Positions 1 through 21,250 of a DNA stretch of 64,000 nucleotides are shown here, one piece after another. Where the stretch lies: assembly GCF_009914755.1 (NCBI RefSeq), contig NC_060926.1. One strand, written 5' to 3'. Within the stretch, counting starts at the first letter, position 1. Every line of letters starts with the position of its first letter. The notes beneath the pieces are model-generated. The model was not told the origin of the DNA. It made no database searches and saw only the letters and a program-made list of their open reading frames with translations. The translations under genes were made by a program, and so were the position numbers. The stretch is from the human T2T-CHM13v2.0 reference genome, Homo sapiens.

Positions 1-36
1 GCAAGACCCTGTCTGTAAAAAAAGAAAAGAATTTGA

Positions 37-355
<319 letters not shown>

Positions 356-1158
356 CTTGCAACTCTTAATTATAAGGCATGATAGCTGCAAAGTACTCAG
401 TAAGACTTTGATCCTGCCTTTAGGAGGCCATAACCTATTTGAAGAATAAAACAGGTACACAAATACAAGCCAGATTACTATAAGTGTCACAAAACTGGAC
501 TGAATATGATTGGAATTTGTGGCAAGAAGCGATCACATCTAGTTATAGGGTAGGATGGAGCAGTGCAAAAGAAAGTCCTCCTGAAGGAAGTAGCACTCAG
601 GCAGGGATTGAGGAAAGGAGCCGTTTAGCAGGCAGAAGTGGGTGGCAACACGGCTAGCCAGCAGAGGATGAAGAATGGCACAATCGCCTTGCTCTAGGAG
701 AGGCTTTTAAAGTTTTGCAGAGGGCTACTGGTCCTTAAGAAATCATTAAAGGACCGCATATGTAGAAGTCAATTCATTCCATTCTGGACGTGAAACTATT
801 CAATATAGATAAACAATGATTGATGGTTGTTAAATAATCATATATTAAACTGTTCAATATAGGTAAACAATGATTTTAAAGGCAGCTGGTTCTCTATGAA
901 GGCTAATTAAGGAAAAGACTGCAGTAAAGAAAGGAAGGAAGAGGAGAAGGAAGAATACAGAGAAAGACAGGGGGAAGAAAGATTTAAACACACATGGAGA
1001 CAGGCTTCTCTGGAGCTCCCTGCAGCTCCCCCGCTCTCCTGTGTCTTAGGATATCATCTCTGCTGATGTCTGAAGCTAGTTTCCATAATTAAATAAATAA
1101 ACAAAGATAGTAGTTCTTGAAATTTGCCTCAAGCTCTAATGATATTAAGCCTAAGGCT

Positions 1159-1680
1159 TTTTTTTTTTTAATTATACTTTAAGTTGTGGGATATATGTGC
1201 AGATTGTGCAGGTTTGTTACATAGGTATACTTGTGCCATGGTGGTTTGCTGCACCCATCAACCCATCATCTAGGTTTTATGCCCCACATGCATTAGGTAT
1301 TTGTCGTAATGCTCTCCATCTGCTTGCCCCACAACCCCCAACAGGCCCCAGTGTGTGATGTTCCCCTCCCCGTGTCCAAGTGTTCTCATTGTTCGACTCC
1401 CACTTATGAGTGAGAATATGTAGTGTTTGGTTTTCTGTTCCTATGTTAGTTTGCTGAGAATGATGGTTTCCAGCGTCATCCATGTCCCTGCAAAGGACAT
1501 GAACTCATTCTTTTTTATGGCTGCATAGTATTGCATCATGTGTAAGTGTCACATTTTCTTTATCCAACACGTCTATTATTGATGGGCATTTGGATTGGTT
1601 CCAAGTCTTTGCTATTGTAGATAGTACTGCAATAAATATATGTGTGCATGTGTCTTTATAGCAGAAGGATTTATAATCCT
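1159..1680 (-). mobile_element. 5'-truncated primate L1PA 3'-end insertion
   Basis: Poly-T followed by L1PA 3' UTR (attatactttaagtt...gtgcaggtttgttacatagg); TSD TTAAGCC(T/A)AAGGCT at 1145-1158 and 1681-1694. Confidence 0.92.
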
Positions 1681-4359
1681 TTAAGCCAAAGGCTATTTTA
1701 GAGTGTTAGTACATTGGTATAAGTGATCGGTCTGAAACTCTGCAATAGAGCAGTATGCTGCTTTCTTACTACTGTTTTGTAGGTAATTATTATTAGTGGA
1801 AAACATATATGAACCCAGAAATAGAAAAAGTCATCCTGATTGGAAGAATTTCTTTTACTCTAATATACATATGTAATGTTACTTTGGTTTCTGAGTTTTC
1901 TATAAAAATATTGCCTTTATAATAAAATAATAAAATAATAAAAAAATAAAAATAATAAAAAATACAAGTAAATGATTGTCATAGTTGTGAGGGATTCAAT
2001 GTGGAGGGAATAAAGGATCAAATGTTATAAGAAATCTTAAATATAAGTAAAAAATAACTGAAAAACTACTTTTCCAAAATAGGAAAACACTGTCCATTTA
2101 TTTGTTCCTTTCCCTTCCAGCGTGCAAGAAAAACGGAAGTGAGATTCCAACAGGAGGGCACCACTGTCCCTGTCTGACCTTAAACCAGGAGATTTTGTAC
2201 AGATGTATTCCTTCAAGAAAACCAGCTTGTTGGCAGTAATAGAGAAGAAATGAGCTTCTCCCAACAACAGCCAACAACAGCCAATGACAACAGCAAAATA
2301 GGAAAATGGGTTGCCCTCTGAAAGGTAAATAAACTCTATACACAATAAATGACCATCTGTGGAAGTAAAACCGAGAGACAGGCTTTACCACCTCCCAGAA
2401 CTCCAATCCAGATGACCACGGATAAATCTCTAGCACGCGGAATAGAGATGTCACGGCTGTTAGGTAAGCAGAGAGTAATGCAGGGTATATATTCCTGGAA
2501 GAGAACAGGGTTAGTCAAACTGGATCTCAGAAAAGGGAGCTGCTGTACAAGACATTCTAGGAAGCAAGCCTCTGAATTCTGAAACCCAGACCTGCTGGTC
2601 ACAGTGGGGCAGGGATGATCTTCCAAGCTTCCCTGCGGTCTGCATGAAATTCTCTCACCCACACCAGCTTCCTGTGCTCCAATTCCATGCCTCTGACTGG
2701 TTTCCACTTAAGAATTAATGGGTAAAAAGGAAAAAGAATTAGTAGTATGATCTTGTTGCTTCCCCAGAGTCATCAATAAAAAGGCAGAACAGAGAGAAAA
2801 CAAAACAAAACAAAGTTATACCAGGAGACAGAACTGGGAGATCTCAGATCGTCTTCTCTGTGAATCGGGTGTTGCTACTGAAGCCGTGATAATCCTGGTC
2901 ACCTGAGGCAGAAAATAAACATTTCTTCCTACAAAGAATGTGGGCATTTTCCAGTGGGATTTGTGAGCCAGCAAAGACTTAGCAGCAGTTTCTTCACTGC
3001 CAAAAATCTCTAACTTTCCATGATGAAAAACTATTGTTGTCATTGACCGGCTTTACGAAATATTGGCTTACGTTTTAATCATCTGTTGAGCATCAGGCAC
3101 TATCCTGGGCACCTGTGAATCCATTTGGTCCTCGCAGCTATTCTATGACATGGGCACATTATCCTCCTTCACAGATGAAGAAACAAGTTAAAGAGATGTT
3201 CCCAAAAGAGTTAAGTTAGGAGCAAAGTTAATACTTGAACCCAAATCTGTTTCCAGGGTTTTTATGCCTTTCACTACACCTGCTTTGCAGGAAAGTGATG
3301 AGAATTTCTAGTAGACGCTGAGTAGGGGCGGTGCTGCACGGCACTCACTGTTTCTGAGATACTGGTGATGGGACAGATAACCGAGAAGGAGACACTGGTG
3401 AATTCTGAAAGGAAGGTGTGCCTCAGCAAAGGCCGCAGGGGAAGACAGGAGGTTCGCTCGCTCACCTTTATTTGGAAAGCCTTCCTCCCACATTCCCTAG
3501 CAATGCTAGTCAGTCCCAGGGGTTTGGATGGGGCTGGCTGCCCGTGGCCCCTGATCCAGGGGTTGGGGGCATTGTTGGGAGCAGAGTCCTCCATGGGACT
3601 TCTGCTAGAGCAATCAGTGCAGACGTGCTCTTGTTTGGGGATTGCGATCTGAAGGCCCCCAGAAGCTTGCGACTGCAGGCAGCCATCTGTCCAGAGACCA
3701 CCTAATCAAGAAACCCCTGACACCCTCATAGGAGACGCCTGCCATCCAGCTGTACCTAGAGGAGATCTACCACCCCCTCTGTAACTTTCAGTTTTGTGAA
3801 TCAGCACATTCATTCTCTCTCTCTCTCGATCTCTCTCTCTCCAAAGTGGCATTTGTCTAGATGGCTCAGAGTGTGGTCCTCAATCTTGCAGATTCGGATT
3901 CAGTTCTGGGACAGCCTCACTAAATTGCCCTTTTCCAGCCTGTTTCCTCCCTGTAGACATTGGCAGGGTGCCTGGCAAGCCCAGCCCAGGCTCTTGTCTG
4001 TGACAGATCTGTCACCTTTTAACTCTTTCCCAGGCTTCCTTGTTTACATTAACATGTTTCCAGCCAGAGCGGAGAGCCGTAAACATCTTGAGGGCTGGGG
4101 CGGTGTCTGACTCATGGCTGGATTCCCCCAAGCCAATGCAGAGCGGGAACCTAGCGACACTCAAACACGTTTAAGAGTAAATTTCTGTTTGAGTCACCAA
4201 AGTAAAGAAATCCAGTCCCCAGTACCAATTGAAATAAACCACAAAACACTTTGCCGAATGGAAACTTGTTCTGCAATGGTAAAGCATGACTTTAACTTTA
4301 GCCAAATTACTTCCCAGGAGTTAAACTAACTCATGATCTCACTGTCCACTGAAAAAAAC

Positions 4360-4893
4360 TGTTCTTAGTCTGTTTGAGCCATTGTAATATAGACTGGGTA
4401 ACTTGTACACAGCAGACATCTATTTCTCCCAGGTCTGGAGGCTGGGCATCTGAGATCGGGACCAGCATGGTTAGGTTCTGGTGAGTGCTCCCTTCCAGGC
4501 TGCAGACAGCTGTCTTCTCGCTGTGTCCTCATGTGGTGGGAGGGCAAGCGAGCTTTCTGGGGCCTTTTTAATAAGGGCACTAATCCCACTCATAAGGGCA
4601 CCATCCTCATGACCTAATCACCTCCTAAAGGACCCACCTCCTCATACCATCATCTTGGGAGTTAGGATTTTAACCAATTAAATTTGGGGCTGTCTTCTCG
4701 CTGTGTCCTCACGTGGTGGGAGGGCAAGCGAGCTTTCTGGGGCCTTTTTAATAAGGGCACTAATCCCACTCATAAGGGCACCACCCTCATGACCTAATCA
4801 CCTCCTAAAGGACCCACCTCCTCATACCATCATCTTGGGAGTTAGGATTTTAACCAATTAAATTTGGGGGACACAAACATTCAGACCACAGCA
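4360..4893 (-). mobile_element. MaLR solo LTR (MLT1A-like) with an internal 180-bp tandem duplication
   Basis: Termini tgttcttagtctgttt... and ...ggggacacaaacattcagaccacagca are typical of MLT1A/MST LTRs. Confidence 0.8.
4509..4868. repeat. Tandem duplication, 2 x 180 bp
   Basis: Units 4509-4688 and 4689-4868 differ only at 4532/4712 and 4604/4784. Confidence 0.97.
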
Positions 4894-5769
4894 GCTGTGG
4901 TGCAGACTTTGCCAAGGTCTAGTGCCTCCTTCTGTCATCTTGCAGGTGCAGCCCAGAGCAGCAGGAGCTGTGCCCTGGCCCCTGTCCTGAGGAGCTCCCA
5001 CTGGTCAGCCCCGCCTACTCCAGCTGGACCTTGATGCTTCACACAAGGTGTGCGCAGAGGACACAGGCACTTCATGGAGCAACATACTTTTGTAAAAAAA
5101 ATGAATTCCCTTGTAACAAATAGAGCACGGAGGCTTTTATAGATTAAGTAATTTGTAGTCTTCTTATAATTATGGCTTCTAAATTACCTAAAATAATTCA
5201 TTCAAGGCTTGATTTTAGTTTTGTCTTGAGAGTGTCAACTCTTTAACTTGAGATGCTGTAGGATGGGGTTTCATCTTGGGATTCTTTTCTTGGATATGTC
5301 ATTTAAATTCTGATACTTATATTCCCTATTTGAAAACACATGATCAATGACAATACCAATACCTGATTTGTGTGCAATACTTATAATTTACAACGTACAT
5401 TATTTTAACATACATTCTTTTCATGCGACCCTCTCAACAACCCTTTGACAAGGCAAGTCAGAGACTAATTACTAGAGATTATTCAAGCGACTTGCTCCAA
5501 GTCATACAGTAGGCAGGCAGCCAAGATGACTCTAGTTTTTCCAACTCCTAGTCCCACACTCTTTCCTCTCCCCTTACATGTTCTGATATAAATCAAACTT
5601 AGGTTTGAAAATATCTTATTGATGTATTTCAACACCCCAGAATTTGATGAGACTGGAATCGATTTGTTGTGATCTGTGATTGCTGAATTCCTCGTATGTG
5701 GTGGATACCAAGGTAAGTTGACTAGAATGTGAGCTTGCCTACCCAGACACCAGTTCCCATGTCCTTTGT

Positions 5770-6550
<781 letters not shown>

Positions 6551-7476
6551 ATTTTTATTCCCTCAATGCTTTCCTGCCCCGTTTAGGGCTGATTTCATCA
6601 TGCTTTGATCTCATCTTAGTCAACTGATGGGTCAGCATTGAGCCCACAAGAGGCTTCATGGCTTCCTGGTAAAGCGAGAGACCCCTGGAAGACTGATTCT
6701 AGAACAGGGTATGTGCATTCCTGCTGCCAAGCCCTGCTGCACCGTTCCTCATTACTCAATTAATGTCTGGTGTCTTCTCTGCCTGTTTAATTACTCCCAT
6801 TACCGGGACAGGTCAAGTTCCACTCCTTCAGGGAAGCTCCTTCTGGCCACCTCACAGCACAGAACATGCCGTCTCTTTCCAAATCACTTTGCATCTGTCT
6901 TCTGCCACGCCATCCTGCTTTGTGACATCTTTGAGATTGGTGTCTGTGTTTTTCTGCATTAAACCTTGAGGGCTTTGTAGGTACAGGACTGGGATCCCCA
7001 TTGCACAGATGTGGAAATTGAGGCCAGAGAGGCTAAGTGACTAAGAGAGGGTAGCATTTGCTGATCACCCACTATCATATGCCATCAGGCCTCCCATTAA
7101 CAGTACACAGTCCGCTCTTCTTTAGATGAGAACACTGATACTCAGAGAGGTGCAGTTATTTGCCCAAGTCACACAGCTGGGCACTGAAAGCTGGTTTCAT
7201 TTGGCTTCAAACTTAGATCTGTCTGTGGCATATCTGGGCTTTGAGCACCCTGTAGCATGAGGCTGTAGTGCACTCGGCTTTAGAATGGACAGGGGCCTGT
7301 CTTCCCACACGCTCCAGGCTGCACCACCTTTTGGTTTTTAGGCTAACTCCTGACCTGAGCCCTCCCCACCTTCCTGGGCAGAGAGTGAACCAGGCTGACT
7401 GATGTTCTAGGCAAGAATGTGGGGTACCCAGGGATGACCATTGTGCTGGGTATGGGAGCCAGAGTTCAGCCCTGAC

Positions 7477-8134
7477 TGCTATGGTCTGAATATTTCCCTC
7501 CAAATTCATGCATTGGAAACTTAATCCCCAGTGCAGCAGTATTGGGAGGTGGGGCTTAATGGGAGGTGTTTAGATAATGAGGCTTCAGCCTCATGAATGA
7601 ATGAATGCTGCTATAAAAATGGGTTTGTAGGCCAGGTGAAGTGGCTCACGCCAGTAATTCCAACATTTTGGCAGGCCAGAGCAGAAGGGTATTCTAGGGT
7701 ATTCACTGTGTTGCCCAGGAACTCTAGACCATCCTGGGCAACACAGTGAGACCTCATAAAAAAAACATTAGCCCAGCATGGTGGCACGTGCCTGTAGTCC
7801 CAGCTACTCGGGAGGCTGTGGCAGGAGGATTGCTTCAGCCCAGGAGTTTGAGGCTACAGTGAACCATGATTGTGCCATTGCACTTCAGCCTGGGCAACAC
7901 AGCAAGACCCCATCTCTAAAAATAAAAATAAAGTTTGAAAAAGAATTTGTGGAAGTGGATTCACCCTTTCTGCCTTCCGCCCTGTGAGGACACAGAAAGA
8001 AGGCCCTCATCTGATGCTGGTGCCTTAATCTTGGACTTCCCAACCTCCAGAACTGTGAGAATACAAATTTCTGTTCCTTAAAAAATGACTCAGTCTGTGG
8101 TGTCCTGTTATAGCAGCACAAACAGACTAAGATA
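7477..8134 (+). mobile_element. MaLR solo LTR (MST/MLT1A-like) split by an AluJ (~7630-7931)
   Basis: tgctatggtctgaat... start and ...gttatagcagcacaaacagactaagata end; AluJ-type right arm inside. Confidence 0.8.
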
Positions 8135-9150
8135 GTACCCTTTCCCTTCCCATGTGCCCAGGGACAGGCTTCCAGAGGAGCCCAGCAGCTAACTGGGAGC
8201 CCCTGGGTTTGCAGTGTGGGGAGCTCCCAGAACAGCTGTGCCTGCAGGAAATTGGAGGAGGAGAAAATATTCTGGTTTACTCTCTATTCAGTCACCTTCT
8301 GCAGCTCAGGCTTTTGATGTCTACCATTGCATTGTTTTTCTTTTACCTATAATCTTTGTAAAGATCCACAGTCCCCCACCTAGACGTGAGAATCAATATC
8401 TCTCCATAAAATCACCCTAACTCTATGGCAGCCCGACATCTTTGTTAGACCAGTGGGAAAAGCTACATAGGTTTCCACCATCCATGAGAGTCTTCTCAGC
8501 CTTAGGCTAGGCCCTGAAGTCAGGGAGTTAGGTGCTGAAATGTGCACAGCTGAAGGTAAGCCACCAACAGGGTGAGCCAGATCCACTAACAACTCAACTG
8601 GCCTCCTTTGAACTGTGAAAGGAAAAGTGTTATAATAATAACTATCATTTATTGTGCATCTACGATATACCAGGCATTATACAAAACACTACAGTTTGTC
8701 AATTAATTCTCATAAAAGTCCTATGAGGCAAATGTTCCTATTTTTATTTTATATTTTATAGCTGGAGAAAATGACACACAGGCTCTCTAGCCTGACCATG
8801 GCCCTCAGTCAATAAGCAGTACAGTTAAAGTTCAAACCCACGTCTCGGGCTCCAAGCCCAGACATTTAGCAAACACTGTGTGCTCACAGCTAAGCTTTCA
8901 TAACAGAGCACTGGGGACAATGTATGGGGAATAAATGCTCTCTTCGAAGATGCCCTAGCATTCTGTGATGCAATATTGTGTGACTGAAAGAAACAGTAGT
9001 GTAGGAATTGGAAGACTGGATCTTAGTTTGTGGCAGGATTGTACCTTACTATATGACCTTGGGGAATTCACCCAAACTGCTTTTGCCTCCATTTCCTATT
9101 TGATTTCTCCATTATTCAGAGCATGAGGAAGATCTGAAGAATATATCTAA

Positions 9151-9488
<338 letters not shown>

Positions 9489-10139
9489 AAAAACCTTCTT
9501 TAAGATGAGAAACTTGTGAGGCAGTAGAACGTCTCATCATTAATAAAGATTGACTGTGGAGATCTTTAAAAAAAAAATCCAGATAAGAAACTGGAAGGAG
9601 TAAAAGATCATTTGTTTACATCCAACACATAACTTTCCTAGCAAGTACTCCTACCTGGGACAACCCCACACTCCATGGAAGAGGCAGAAACACAGACAAG
9701 AATGTGCCTCAAATGGCTCCAAATGCTGCCAGCATCCAGCAAATGCTGCTGACAAAAGAGCAGAGAGTTGGGCTACAGGTAGGCCAACCACTGTCTTGGA
9801 GCAGGAGTCCTGGTGGGAGGTGGGCATGTTATTGGGATGGATGACTTCCAACGTCACCTGTAGTATGGAGAAGCTCTGCTATTTCAGCACTGAGCCCTCA
9901 CTGTTCCCCATTTCTTCCTGGGCTCTCTTCTTGTTGGCCACTTCCAGGCAGAGGGGGAAAGCACCAAGAGCCTTTGAAAATCACAGAATAGATTCAAACC
10001 CTGAGTTTCTCAATTACCAGCTATTTGGCTGGACATCTTAGTCAGCCTCTCTGAGCCACCGTCTCCTTGCGTGGACCATGGAGATGGTAACAATTGAATG
10101 CTGGTAGAGGGCACTCATAAACCCATAAAGTCATAGTTC

Positions 10140-12726
<2,587 letters not shown>

Positions 12727-13817
12727 TTAGATCCTGCAGATAATTGAGGTCATAGGGTAAATTACTGTCTTACAAATTGGAGAGACAGATGGCAGATACA
12801 AAGAATCATGACTTGATTCACTACTTGAGTGGAAGCTCAAGAGCAGAAACCTTTATGGGAACCAGTACCAGGGTAGGAAAACTTAAACTGCAATTGCTGA
12901 ATTGCTAGAGGCTCTGTTTGGACTGCTTGAGAGTTAAAAACTCCAGGGAGCCCAGTCTTAGGGGGGCCCCAACACTTGTCTGAGTTTTACTTCCAGAAGG
13001 CTTACCAGGTCATCAAGGTGAAGAGAAAAATCCCTTGGTATTTCTGTCAGTGGGGAGGGTGAAATAAGCCAGGGCATTCTATTGTTAATAAAGCCTGCCC
13101 TCAAGAGAAATGAGTTTACCAGAGCTTAACTGAGGTTTTACTAACGCTAATTGTCCTGGGGAAAGGGAAATATCCTAGTCTAGTCCCTTCTAGCTATCCT
13201 GTCCCAACAAAGGGGGAGACACTGAGAAGTACTTGTGAAGGTCACAGCACAGGAACACAGGCTCATTAAAAGACTGAGATTTAATCAAAGAACTAGAGAA
13301 GGTTTGTTCTGCCCCCACATCTTACCAGCACATCAACAGGGCTTCTGTGCAACAGAGGAGACAAAACTAACATTAGAGGAACTTTTAATATCTCTGAAAC
13401 ATACAGGTACATCAAATAATCAAAACAGCTTAACTCTTTGTCAAATACACATAAAGCATCATACCAAAGGCCTATTTGCCTAGGTTCTTTTTCTCAGTAC
13501 CTAATGTCTGGCTTCCAACAAAAAATTACAAGGCATCCTATAAGACAAAAAATGTTTTAAAGAAACAAGGTAACCATCAAAACAAGATTCAGATGTGGCA
13601 AAGATGTTGGGATTATCAGACTGTGAATTTAAAAACACTATAATTAATATGCTAAGAGCTCTAATAGAAAAAATGAACCATATGCAATGAGAGATGGATA
13701 CTGCAAGCATAGTGATGGAAACAATAAGGAAGAATCAAAAGGAAAGAAATGCTAGAAATAAAGAACACTGTCATGGAAATAATGCATTTGATGGGCTTTT
13801 AAATAGACTGGACACAT

Positions 13818-14125
<308 letters not shown>

Positions 14126-14776
14126 TAGACTGGACACAGCCAAAGAAAGAATCACTGAGCTTGAAGACATGTCAATAGAAACTTCAAAAACTAAATGGTA
14201 AGAGAAAAAATAATTTTAAAAAGCAGAACAGAACATCCAATAACTGTGGGACAATTTTAAATGGTGTGACATATGCATAATGAATATCAAAACAAGAAAA
14301 AAAAGAAACAGAAAAAATATTTGAAGTAATAATGACTGAGAATTTTCCAAAATGAATGACAGACACCAAACCCCAGATTCAGAAGCTCAGGAAATCAAAG
14401 AGGATAAATACCAAAAAAATTTACACCTAGATATAGCATATTCAAACCACAGATAATCAAAGACAAAGAGACAATTTTGAATTAAGTCAAAGGGAAGAAA
14501 ACACTGTACCTATGAGGAGCAAGTATAATAATTAATCAGAGTTCTCTTCATAGGCCACGCAAGTAAGAAGAGCTTGGAGCAAAATATTTTAAGTGTTGAC
14601 AGAAACAACAACAAACACCACCACCAGAATCCTATACCCAGAAATATTATCCTTGAAAAGTAAAGGAGAAATAAAGACTTTCACAGACAAACAAAATTGA
14701 GAAAACTTGTCACAATTGACATACCTTGCAAGAAATGTTGAAATTCCTCAGAAAGAAAGAAAATAGTATACATCAG

Positions 14777-17396
<2,620 letters not shown>

Positions 17397-17651
17397 ATCA
17401 GAAACTCAGATCTACATAAATAATGAGTATTACAGAAGGAACTCATGAAGATAAAGTAAAATCTCTTATTTTTCTTATTCTCAATTGATATAACATAACA
17501 GTTTGTTCAAAACAAAAAGCTACAAAGTATCCAATGATTGTAGCTTATGGATAAGTGAAAATGACAGCAATGTTATTAAGATATGAAAGAGAAGAATTAT
17601 GAATACTCAGTGGTTAGGTACTTGCACTACCTGTGAAGGGGTAGAGTATTA

Positions 17652-18225
<574 letters not shown>

Positions 18226-18346
18226 AAGCCACACATGCACACACACACAAACAACACAGAGAGAGAGAAAAGTCAGAAAAAGAGTGGAACAACAACAACA
18301 AAAAGAAACAAAGAATAAGACCAACAAATAGAAAATAGTAACAAAT

Positions 18347-19390
18347 TATATTAGTCTGTTCTCCTGCTGCTATAGGACATACCCAGAACTGGTTTATTTA
18401 TGAAGGAAAGAGGCTTAATTGACTCATAGTTCTGCAGGGCTGGGGAGGCCTCGGGAAACTTACAATCATGGCAGAAGGGAAAGCAAACACATCCTTCTTC
18501 ACGTGGCAGCAGGAAGGAGAAGTGCAGAGCAAAGTGGGGGAAGTCCCTTATAAAATCATCAGCTCTCATGAGAACTCATTCACTATCACAGGAATAGCAT
18601 GGAGGTAACTTCCCCATGATTCAGTTACCTCCCACTGGGTCCCTCCCATGACACATGGGGTTATGGGAACTAGAGTTCAAGATGAGATTTGGGTGGGGAC
18701 ACAGCCAAACCATATCAGTCTGTCCCTGGCTCTTGCCAAATCTCATGTCCTCACATTTCAAAACACAATCATGCTTGTCCAACTGTCCCCTAAAGTCTTA
18801 GCTCATTCCAGCATTAACCCAAAAGTCCAAGTCCAAAGTCTCATCTGAGACAAGACAAGTCCCTTCCGCTTCTGAGCCTAAATGGAAAGCAAGTTAGTTG
18901 CTTCCTAGATACAATGGGGATACAGGAAATGGGTAAATACAACTCTTCTGAATGGGAGAAATTGGCCAATACATAGGAGCCACTGGCCCCATGCAAGTCT
19001 GAAATCCAACAGGGCTGTCATTAAACCTTAAAGTTGCAAAATGATCTTCTTTGACTCCAAGTTTCACATCCAGGTCATGCTGATGCAAGTGGGGGGCTCC
19101 CATCTTCTTGGGCAACTCTGTCCCCATGATTTTGCAGGGTACAGCCTCCCTCCCAGCTGCCTTCAAGGGCTGGTGTTGAGTGTCTGCAGCTTTTCGAAAC
19201 ACAGAGTGCAAGCTGTCAGTGGATCTACCATTCTGGGGTCTGGACTATGGTGGCCCTCTTCTCACAGTTCCACTAGGCAGTGCCCCAATGGGGACTCTGT
19301 GGGGCTCTGACCCCACGTTTCCCTTCCACACTGCCCTAGCAGGGGTTCTCCATGAGGGCTCCACCCCTGCAGCAAACTTCTGACTGGACA
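18347..19390 (-). mobile_element. Truncated THE1 element (3' LTR ~18347-18717 plus ~670 bp of internal sequence)
   Basis: tattagtctgtt...cagccaaaccatatca LTR followed by reverse-complement THE1-int; 5' half missing. Confidence 0.88.
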
Positions 19391-19739
19391 GTTATTTCTT
19401 ACAGTTATGGAAGCTGAGAAGGCCAAGATCAAGGGAATGCATCTGGTGAGAGTCTTCTCACTAGTGGGGACTCTGCAGAGTCCCAAGACAGTGCAGGGTA
19501 TCATATAGCAAGGGGGCTAAGCATGCTAACATACTAAATCAGGTCTCTCCCATCTGATAAAGCCACCAGTTCCACTCCAATGATAACCCATTAATCCATT
19601 AACCCATGATTAATCCATGTGTGAGGGCAGAGCCCTCATGATCCAATGACCTCTTAAAGGCCCCACCTTTCAATAGTGCTACACTAGGGATGAAGTCTCC
19701 AACACATAAAATTTGGGGGACACATTCAAACTATGAGCA
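19391..19739 (-). mobile_element. Partial MST-type MaLR LTR fused to the truncated THE1
   Basis: atttcttacagttatggaagctgagaagg...tttgggggacacattcaaactat, typical MST LTR sequence. Confidence 0.72.
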
Positions 19740-20954
19740 GTATGCTATCTGATGACAACAGAATGAAACTAGGAATCAATAACAGAAAAATAGCTAGAAA
19801 ACTCCTAAATATTTGAAGATTACCACAACATACTTCTAAATAACTCATGGATCAAAGAATTCTCAAGATAAATTTTAAAATATTTCAAATTAAACAAAAA
19901 TGAAAATAAAGGTTATCAAAATTTGTGGGATGCAGCAAAAGCAGTGCTTAAGAGGAAATTTATAGCATTGAGTGTACATATCAGAACAGAATGAAGACCT
20001 AAAATCAATAATCTAAGTTTCCACCTTAGGAAACTAAAAAAGAAGAGCAAATTAAATCTAAAGTAGTAAGGAAAATAGTTATAAAAGCTAGAGATAGAAA
20101 ATAATAAAAAATGAAAGCAGAAATTAATGAGATAAAGAATTTTAAAACAATAGATCCAATTACAATAGATGCAATTAAAATCTGTAATTTTGGGGGAAAA
20201 TAAAATAGACAAATTACGACCTATATTTACTCAAGAAAAAGAGAAAAAGTACAAATGCACAAAATAAGAAATATCAAATGGGGAAATAACCATTGAAACA
20301 GAAGGTATTTTTAAAAACATAACGGGGCTACTTTTCAGACCTCTGTGAAAATACTGACAATCTATATGAAGTGGATAACTTTAAGAGAGATAGAATGTAT
20401 TGAAATTGACCCCATTTAGAGACAAACAGTTTAAACAGACTAATTTACTTTGAAGAAACAGAGATAATTATCAAGGAACTTCCACATTAAAAAACAAAAA
20501 CAAAAACAAACAAACAAAAAAACCTCATGGTCTCACAAGGTTTTCTACCAAATCTTCAAAGACCAGGCAGTCACAGTACTTCACAAGTTTTTCCAGATCA
20601 TTGGGAATGAAGGAACATTCCTGAACTGTTTTTAGAAAATAAGTATAGCATTAACAACTAAACTTGATAAAAACAGCAAAAAAAGAAAATTACAAATATC
20701 ACTTACGAATATTCATGAAAAAGTTCTAAATAAAACCCTATTTAACAGAATACAACACCACACTATGAAAATGATACAACATAACCAAGTGGGATTTGTT
20801 CCTGGAATGCACACTGGCTAAATATTAATAAGTGAACTAACACACTGTATTTACAGATCTAAGGAGAAAAATCATATGTTTATTTCCATAGATGCTTTTA
20901 AAAAGCCTTTTCAAATTCCTTACCTACTCCTGTTTAAAGAAACTCAAGAGTGTG

Positions 20955-21250
20955 TAATTTTTGTTTTTTTAGTAGAGAGAGGATTTCACCATGCTGCCCA
21001 GGCTGATCTGGACCTCCTGTACTCAAGTGATCTGCCTGCCTCAGCCTCCCAAAATGCTGGTGTTACAGGTGTGAGCCACACCCCCTCTCTACTAAAAAAA
21101 AAAAAAAAAAAATTAGCCAGGACTACAGAAGGTGTGAACCTATAGTCCCAGCTACTCAGGAGGTGGAGGCTGCAGTGAGCCATGACTGTGCCACTCACTC
21201 TAGCATGGGTGACAGAGTGAGAACTTGTCTCAAGAAAATAAAAAAGAAAA
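20955..21250. mobile_element. Rearranged Alu (left arm inverted, right arm forward) between TSD-like repeats
   Basis: Minus left arm ~20955-21082 fused to plus linker and right arm ~21083-21250; AAACTCAAGA at 20940-20949 and 21256-21265. Confidence 0.8.
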
